A DNA stretch of 64,000 nucleotides from positions 1,792,001 through 1,856,000 of the forward strand of contig OY969706.1 of NCBI GenBank assembly GCA_963702095.1, in the 5' to 3' direction. The notes under the pieces were generated by a model, which saw only the letters and a program-made list of their open reading frames with translations, was not told the origin of the DNA and searched no databases. Both the position numbers and the translations under genes were made by a program. The stretch comes from Candidatus Bathyarchaeota archaeon (GTDB lineage: Archaea; Thermoproteota; Bathyarchaeia; Bathyarchaeales; Bathycorpusculaceae). This document shows, piece by piece, positions 58,219-64,000 of this stretch; the stretch's first letter is position 1; every line of letters starts with the position of its first letter.

Positions 58219-59934
58219 TTGAAACAGCAAAACAGCGGCGATAATCGCGATTTAACGGAGCAAATTCTCGATTTTTCTACACATATCGCTGGGCAAGCCA
58301 AAATAGCGGCGGTTGCCTTGGTTGACAGTTATGCTGTTAAACCCTCAGATGAGCGGGCAATCCACGCCGTCATGGTTATTATCCATGATTTTCAACCCAG
58401 ACTGATGAGTTACCTAAAACGCGTAAGAAACAAAACCTTGTTCGTTTTCGCCGTTGACCAATGGGTTTTTGAGCGGGACGTTGACCGGGGATTGCTGGGT
58501 GATGCCATCGCGAGCAAACTCGTTTTTCCCTACATTGCGCTCAAAGGTGACGCTTATTTGCGTGAGGAAGAAGTTGCGTTAAAGAAGCGTCTGGTTTCTG
58601 AGTTACTTGAGAACTTAGTTATAAACTTCCCAGAGTTGGCGTCAAGCATTCAAATTCTGCCACAATACTTCATGTACGAGGTATTCTCTAACCGCGTCCG
58701 AGTTTTTCCGTTGTTGGCTTATGATTTGATCGAGTTAAACGGCAGTTTGGCGCAGAAAGAAAGCCAATCCCTTGCCAGCTACAAAATCGCTCTCCAGCAG
58801 CTTGAAGCCGAAGAAAAAGTGAGAATGAAAGACGAATATGTTGTCGTCACCAAGAAGTTTATAGCAAAGTGCCAAAATCCTAGACTGCGATTCATCAACC
58901 TCTCGAAAAATGCGCCCAGAACCCTTTTTACCTCGCTTTTTGGTGTCATCCCTCAACTGATGAACATTGTCTCCCAAAACGCGGAGGAGTTTTTGCGGAC
59001 TCAGAAAATAAATTGGGTTACGTTCCCAAATCATGCGGTTAACTTTATTGACCCGCAGAAGTACGTATTTTTCCCAACTTCGGAAGGGCTGGTTTCACTG
59101 TCGGACAAAATAGACATCAAAGGGTACACGCAGAGGATGCTGCTTAAAGGAGAAAACGTCGACGTGGATGTTGAACCCATCGGCGGTGTATTAAACGACG
59201 TGTACTTAATCAACGCTTACGGAGCTAACAGCGATACGAAGGTTTTGGTTAAACGCTTTAAAGATTGGTCTGGGTTTAAGTGGTTTCCCCTTACGCTTTG
59301 GTCGTTTGGGGCACGTTCCTTTGCAGTTGCGGGGCAGGCACGGCTGGCTAAGGAGATTGCGGCAAGCGAGTTTCTACGAAGCCAAGGATTCAATGTGCCA
59401 AAGATTTTGCATGTGAGTAACGCGGAACGCATAGTTTTCATGGAGTACATCGAAGGAGAAGGCTTAAACCAAGCTATCAAACGTTATTCGACCGCTTTGA
59501 ACGGAGAAGTTGCTTCTGGCGTCTTGGGAGCGGTTGAAGGATTCGGGGAAATCCTAGCGCGTGTCCACGGGTACAATGTCGCTCTGGGAGACACAAAACC
59601 TGATAATGTGCTCGTAAAACCTGATGGCACCCTCTACCTTATCGATTTTGAGCAGGCACTTCGGGGCGGCGACAAAGCATGGGACATAGCGGTTTTCCTC
59701 TATTACTGTGGACATTACCTGCAACCGTTTGAAAGCACCGTCAAAGCCGAATCCATCGCTGTTGCATTCATTGAGGGGTACCTGAGGGCAGGAGGAACCT
59801 TGGAGAACATTCACAAGGCTGCTTTGCCCAAGTACACGCGGGTGTTTAGCATTTTTACTATGCCTCCAGTTATGAGTGCAATTTCTAACGCATGCCGAAA
59901 AGCAGAATTACCCTATGTAGACCCTAAGGTCTAG
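58219..59934 (+). CDS. Protein-kinase-like (RIO/Bud32/Kdo-type) domain fused to a degenerate nucleotidyltransferase-like N-terminus
   Basis: IGGVLNDVY, VLVKRF, FMEYIEG, LGDTKPDN, LIDFEQ. Confidence 0.8.
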   Translation: MKQQNSGDNRDLTEQILDFSTHIAGQAKIAAVALVDSYAVKPSDERAIHAVMVIIHDFQPRLMSYLKRVRNKTLFVFAVDQWVFERDVDRGLLGDAIASKLVFPYIALKGDAYLREEEVALKKRLVSELLENLVINFPELASSIQILPQYFMYEVFSNRVRVFPLLAYDLIELNGSLAQKESQSLASYKIALQQLEAEEKVRMKDEYVVVTKKFIAKCQNPRLRFINLSKNAPRTLFTSLFGVIPQLMNIVSQNAEEFLRTQKINWVTFPNHAVNFIDPQKYVFFPTSEGLVSLSDKIDIKGYTQRMLLKGENVDVDVEPIGGVLNDVYLINAYGANSDTKVLVKRFKDWSGFKWFPLTLWSFGARSFAVAGQARLAKEIAASEFLRSQGFNVPKILHVSNAERIVFMEYIEGEGLNQAIKRYSTALNGEVASGVLGAVEGFGEILARVHGYNVALGDTKPDNVLVKPDGTLYLIDFEQALRGGDKAWDIAVFLYYCGHYLQPFESTVKAESIAVAFIEGYLRAGGTLENIHKAALPKYTRVFSIFTMPPVMSAISNACRKAELPYVDPKV

Positions 59935-60069
59935 TTTTTGCTGTTGATTTGTTGCTATTTGTTTGTGTTAGATTTTTTGCCTGCTTTTTTAGTAAGTTCA
60001 AGTACAACTTAATGCCTCTGCTTTTTCACAGTTCTGTTTTTATTTAGTTGTTGCCTAAGGCTCCGCGCC

Positions 60070-60212
60070 TTTTTTATTTTGTTTTTCTAGTGTTAGATGA
60101 AGGAGAAACGCTCCTTACTCTTCTTCTTCCTGTGGACTTTGTGAGCGATTGCGTTTTTGTGTCTGCGTCTGGGTTGGGTTGCAGGCTGGTTGTGAACAAA
60201 TCCTCAAGCAGA
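60070..60212 (+). repeat. Family B repeat, copy 5
   Basis: TTTTTCTAGTGTTAGA...CCTTACTC...TCTGCGTCTGGGTTGGGTTGCAGGCTGGTTG...CAAGCAGA; similarity to copy 1 extends back to TTCTGTTTTT near 60032. Confidence 0.93.
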
Positions 60213-60274
60213 ATTCGGTTGCTAGTAGAGATAAGCTCCAAAGATTTTTTACCTAAAAAAGCATCTTATAATAT

Positions 60275-60547
60275 GTGGATTTTATGACCCAATTCTACTA
60301 CAAAGGCCTCTACAAAGTCAAAGTCGTAACCGAAAGCGAAGGCTACTGGATAGTGGAAGCCCAAGAACAATTTGAAGATGTTGAGGACGACAAAAAAGTC
60401 ACAGTTAAAACTGGCGAGCAACGCATCGTGCAACCCAGTGAACTGCACAAGAAAAAAGTGCTTGCCCCACCTGTTCCAGAGCACGTGTATGAGCGTAAGC
60501 TCGAGAAAAAGGTCAAACACATTGTAGAAGAAGCAGAAAAGAAATAA
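60275..60547 (+). CDS. Small hypothetical protein (SH3-like beta pattern); probable start 60284
   Basis: Beta-strand pattern and codon usage typical of expressed genes. Confidence 0.7.
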   Translation: MDFMTQFYYKGLYKVKVVTESEGYWIVEAQEQFEDVEDDKKVTVKTGEQRIVQPSELHKKKVLAPPVPEHVYERKLEKKVKHIVEEAEKK

Positions 60548-60623
60548 GCGTTCTGTGCCCAGTGGTTGTTGCTACCCGCATGTAACCACATAGACCTTAA
60601 AGAGCCTTCAACAACTGTTTGGG

Positions 60624-61058
60624 ATGGTGAATTTTTTGGGTTTAGGACAGAAACTCTTTGAAGGCAAAGGCAAAAGCGGATCAAGCTTCATCAAAGATGT
60701 GAGCATGGAGGGCGTGCGGCAGATTTATTCGTGGTCGGCTCAAGTTAAAGGCGCAGGAAGAGCGGCGGGCGTTGACTGCTTCATCACGGTGACAGCTAAG
60801 GGCATGACGCCGCCAAAAGGGCTTGGAGTAGCAAAGGACCAGGGTATCTTTAGGACTTCAACCGGCGATATGGGAACCGTAAAAGGCTTTGACGTTGCAA
60901 AGATGGTGGCGGGCAAAAACATGAGTGTTGGACTCTGGACTTTCATGACAATGTCGGACAGTCTTGCTTGGCTCAACGACACGATAGCCATCGTGACTTT
61001 TGAGGGCTTGGACCCGATGTGGCAGGAGTTTAAGATGGAAATTTGGGAGTGGACTTAG
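60624..61058 (+). CDS. Hypothetical protein
   Basis: 144-aa ORF ending LAWLN...EIWEW. Confidence 0.7.
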   Translation: MVNFLGLGQKLFEGKGKSGSSFIKDVSMEGVRQIYSWSAQVKGAGRAAGVDCFITVTAKGMTPPKGLGVAKDQGIFRTSTGDMGTVKGFDVAKMVAGKNMSVGLWTFMTMSDSLAWLNDTIAIVTFEGLDPMWQEFKMEIWEWT

Positions 61059-61130
61059 CGGGTTAACCCATTTTTCTCTTATTTTTTGTTTAATTAAAAA
61101 AATTTTTCGAGTGGGGTTGCTGTAGTTCGT

Positions 61131-61310
61131 TTGTCTCTTTTTGTGGGTGTGGTGGTTTGTGGGGTGCCACAAGACGGCAACTGAGGACGGTTGTGTTTTG
61201 GGGTTGCAATGGTTTTTGGCGTCTGTTTCGGTGTGGCATAACTGTTTTTTTCCATACCCCCTGCATGTCTTCATGTTGGCTGGGTCAGGTGTGGATGTGG
61301 GGGTATGTTG
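61131..61310 (+). repeat. Family A repeat, copy 5 (G/T-rich strand is +)
   Basis: GGGTTGCAATGGTTTTTGGCGTCTGTTTCGGTGTGG core is nearly identical to copy 2. Confidence 0.95.
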
Positions 61311-61496
61311 AGTCTTCTTGAATTCACTTGTCGTCAAGGAACTGCACAAGATAACTGTACTCCAAAAATGAGGTTACAATTACTTAGCTAAAAAACTCCA
61401 AGAAACGTATGGTTTAACCGCACCTGCCCTTCCCTTATATGGCTATAAAAAAAGCTCATGCGCCCCATTTTAATTATGTGCTAAAAAATAATTGGT

Positions 61497-62033
61497 CTAT
61501 ATACTAAGATGGGTTTTGAATTGTCTAGGCTGCGGGGGCGGCGGAGGTATTTGAGTCTCTTGGAATAACTTTTCTTTGTCCCTATAACTTCTCGCTAAAT
61601 AGACTGCCGAAAGAATAATATTGCCAGCAACACAAAACAAAACAATTACAAAAGTACCATTAATGTAAGGGTAAGTTTTGATTGTGCCATCAATGTTTGC
61701 TTGCATGTTTAAGATAAAAAGGCTCCAAGACCCACTTAACCCGAAATCGCTTACAAAGCCCTCAAAAAGTTGCTTATCCATATCTATGAAAAGATTCACA
61801 ATCAATAAATTCACAATAACCGTGGACAGTATGGGTATGATGACCTGTTTGCACTTCCTAGTTTGCTGCTTAAACAATGCGCCTTCTGCTACACTCCAAA
61901 GTACCAATCCAAAAACTGCAATTATCATTGCCCAACCAGACAAATAAATAGAGAGAAAACTAACCGCAAATATTGCCACTAGAAAACCGATAACTGCGAA
62001 GGCGATTCCGACAAGAATTGTTGTCGTATTCAT
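61497..62033 (-). CDS. Membrane protein with a C-terminal poly-Pro tail
   Basis: Four hydrophobic segments; IPPPPPQP. Confidence 0.65.
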   Translation of the reverse strand: MNTTTILVGIAFAVIGFLVAIFAVSFLSIYLSGWAMIIAVFGLVLWSVAEGALFKQQTRKCKQVIIPILSTVIVNLLIVNLFIDMDKQLFEGFVSDFGLSGSWSLFILNMQANIDGTIKTYPYINGTFVIVLFCVAGNIILSAVYLARSYRDKEKLFQETQIPPPPPQPRQFKTHLSI

Positions 62034-62125
62034 ATTTTCTTTTAATAAGGCAATTTAGTTTTAAGTTTTGCCATCGCTTTCTTTTCTAGAGCTTCTCAAA
62101 TTGTTTTTCGCTTTATATCAGGTTA

Positions 62126-63487
62126 TTATCCTGCAGTGCCGTAGCCGCTCACTGACACCGACGCATCAGTTGATGCTGTGCTGACTTTGGCATCAACGAG
62201 AATTGCCCAGATTATGCTCTGTGAGGCGTAGAGTTGCATCATTTCGTCGTCGTTTAGCCATGCAGATCCGCCGGAGGTAAAGATGCGGGTGACTGTGCTG
62301 GAGATGGTGTTATCGATGTATTCTATTCTGATTCGCACAGTTACGGTTTCGTTGTGGCTGAAGCTGCCTGATACAGTGATTTCTGGTTTGAAATTAAAGA
62401 TTTTTAGCGGTTTATCCTCTATGCTTACGTTACCGCCATATTGTCCATTGACGCCAACGGGGACTGAGACGCCACTGCGTTCAAAGACGCTGCCGACACC
62501 TAAAATCCATGTGCCGTAGGGGTTGTGGATTCGGGCGGTCCAGTTGCCGAGGAAGCTTACGCCGCCGTCGAGGATGGGTGCGGGGTCGCAGGTTTTGCCT
62601 ATGTCGATGGCGAACATATAGATGGGGTCGTTTGTGAAGGATTCGAAGACTACTCCGAAGAGCAAGGTTTGGTACATGGAGCCGTCTACTTGCAGGGCGG
62701 TTTGGTTGGCGCGCCCATTTTCACCCATCCAGAAACGGACATCTTGGATTTGACTGTCCGAGAATTCTGCTTTAGCTTCAACTTTTATGCCGACACAAAA
62801 ATTGGGGATGTTGAAGCTGCAGCGTTCGATTATGGAGCTTGCGTAGGAGCCTGTGGCTTGGCCTGTTTGGTTCTGCGGGGTCCGGAAGGCGATGCCTTCG
62901 GTGTCGTTGATGAATTGGCAGTTTTCGATTTTGTTGTATTCGCTCCATGTGTTGCTGTTTTGGAATTCGATGCCTGTAGTGGAGTTAATGAATTTTGTGT
63001 CGGTTATGGTTGTGGCGAACGAGTTTTCAACCCTGACCGTGGCGTTGTTTAAGGTTAGACCCGAAATAAGAGTGTACTGTGAAGCTGTATAATTGTCGCC
63101 ATAGATGACGATTTTGTGTCCGTTGCCGTTTATGGTTGCGCCGTCGCTGACGAGTTTGGCGTTTAGCTTGTTGGTGATGTATACGTCGTCGGTTAAGGTG
63201 TAGGTGCCGGGGTTGAGGTAGACCGATTTGCCCTCTGACATCGCCGAGTTAATGGCGGAAGATGCACTGGCGGGCTGGTCCACGACGTAGCCTGTGACCA
63301 TGTTTTTGAGTCGGTAGTTGCCGCCGTCTTGGCTAAGCACATAGTCGTAGTTTACTACGTTGGTGCTCATTGCTTGGTGGGTGCTGTCCAAAATGAGGTA
63401 TGTGTTGAGGACACAGAGTACAAGCACAACTAAGAGAACAACTGCGATGGCACGTGTGGAAAACAGTTTCTTTAGGGAACTTTTCAT
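62126..63487 (-). CDS. Membrane-anchored right-handed beta-helix (pectin-lyase-like) protein
   Basis: N-terminal TM helix; AINSA....VYLNPGTY; repeated IENC.F / IERCSF strands. Confidence 0.75.
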   Translation of the reverse strand: MKSSLKKLFSTRAIAVVLLVVLVLCVLNTYLILDSTHQAMSTNVVNYDYVLSQDGGNYRLKNMVTGYVVDQPASASSAINSAMSEGKSVYLNPGTYTLTDDVYITNKLNAKLVSDGATINGNGHKIVIYGDNYTASQYTLISGLTLNNATVRVENSFATTITDTKFINSTTGIEFQNSNTWSEYNKIENCQFINDTEGIAFRTPQNQTGQATGSYASSIIERCSFNIPNFCVGIKVEAKAEFSDSQIQDVRFWMGENGRANQTALQVDGSMYQTLLFGVVFESFTNDPIYMFAIDIGKTCDPAPILDGGVSFLGNWTARIHNPYGTWILGVGSVFERSGVSVPVGVNGQYGGNVSIEDKPLKIFNFKPEITVSGSFSHNETVTVRIRIEYIDNTISSTVTRIFTSGGSAWLNDDEMMQLYASQSIIWAILVDAKVSTASTDASVSVSGYGTAG

Positions 63488-63661
63488 TTTTCCTGATCCA
63501 AGGGGAGTTTAGTTAGATGTACCAAGCAACGTTAATTAAATTTATTGATAAACCGCTCAGGCAGCGCTTATCCCTATAACCTCCTTTCCAAGGCATCCTG
63601 CCGCTAATTTTTACCTCATACACAAACCATGGAAACTGCGCTCAAAAAAGGGATATTTGAA

Positions 63662-63904
63662 TTAGCGTTTTAGGAAGGATCGGATCTCGCGTTGATAGAA
63701 GTAGAGGAAATACATTACGGTGAATCCGGTCAAACATAACTCGAGCGTAAGGATAGCTGAGTTATTCTCTATCGCCCTGAAGTAGCCTTGCTGAAGTATG
63801 TTAGTGAACACTAGAACTTGAATGAAGATTGCTCCACCTAGGCAGCTTAAGCCTACACTGTGGAATACAAGGCGCAACCTGTTTAATGTGGTGTTAGTCA
63901 TCAT
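63662..63904 (-). CDS. Small two-TM membrane protein
   Basis: Two hydrophobic helices; GGTGAGG ribosome-binding site upstream. Confidence 0.6.
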   Translation of the reverse strand: MMTNTTLNRLRLVFHSVGLSCLGGAIFIQVLVFTNILQQGYFRAIENNSAILTLELCLTGFTVMYFLYFYQREIRSFLKR

Positions 63905-64000
63905 AACTTATCAACCTCACCATAAATATTGAGATACAAGACAAAAATACATATAGCTTGTTAGCGGCAAAACATAATTCAGCCTACAGATCAAAACTAA

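Noticed and set aside
551-61310. Repeats as a CRISPR array
   Set aside because: Copies are 130-180 bp, dispersed over kilobases in both orientations, with no repeat-spacer periodicity and no cas genes
25128-61428. GCACCTGCC recurring in spacers (25128, 49846, 61420)
   Set aside because: A short motif picked out after the fact, with inconsistent spacing to promoters; could be chance

Overview
Archaeal chromosomal window, most consistent with Bathyarchaeia (inferred from archaeal rpl12, an EF-2 paralog, an HdrA-MvhD fusion, many membrane-anchored secreted proteins, TATA-type promoters and GGTGA ribosome-binding sites). It holds about 65 CDSs for housekeeping, redox, transport and surface functions, one tRNA-Ala(GGC) and a VapBC pair. 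No CRISPR array, transposase or integrase was found. The strongest unexplained signal is two families of dispersed intergenic repeats. Family A is about 180 bp, with 5 full and 2 partial copies. Family B is about 130 bp, with 5 copies. Both are strand-asymmetric (G/T-rich on one strand), and their stems are best preserved on the G/T-rich strand through G-U wobble and compensatory changes. Each family has one pair of copies sharing a long identical core (113 bp and 92 bp), and A and B occur once in tandem as a ~370 bp composite. Family A also carries an indel-free CxxC micro-ORF on its opposite strand. Also notable: a 14-bp motif (TTAGTCAAGRAACC) 12-13 nt upstream of the TATA box of three secreted-protein genes, an EF-2 paralog with RQMT in place of RGIT, a P-loop-less SelB-like protein, a stand-alone rpl12, several micro-ORFs too short for the ORF track, and four frameshifts in simple-sequence runs that are probably sequencing errors. 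All alignments and folds were done by eye.
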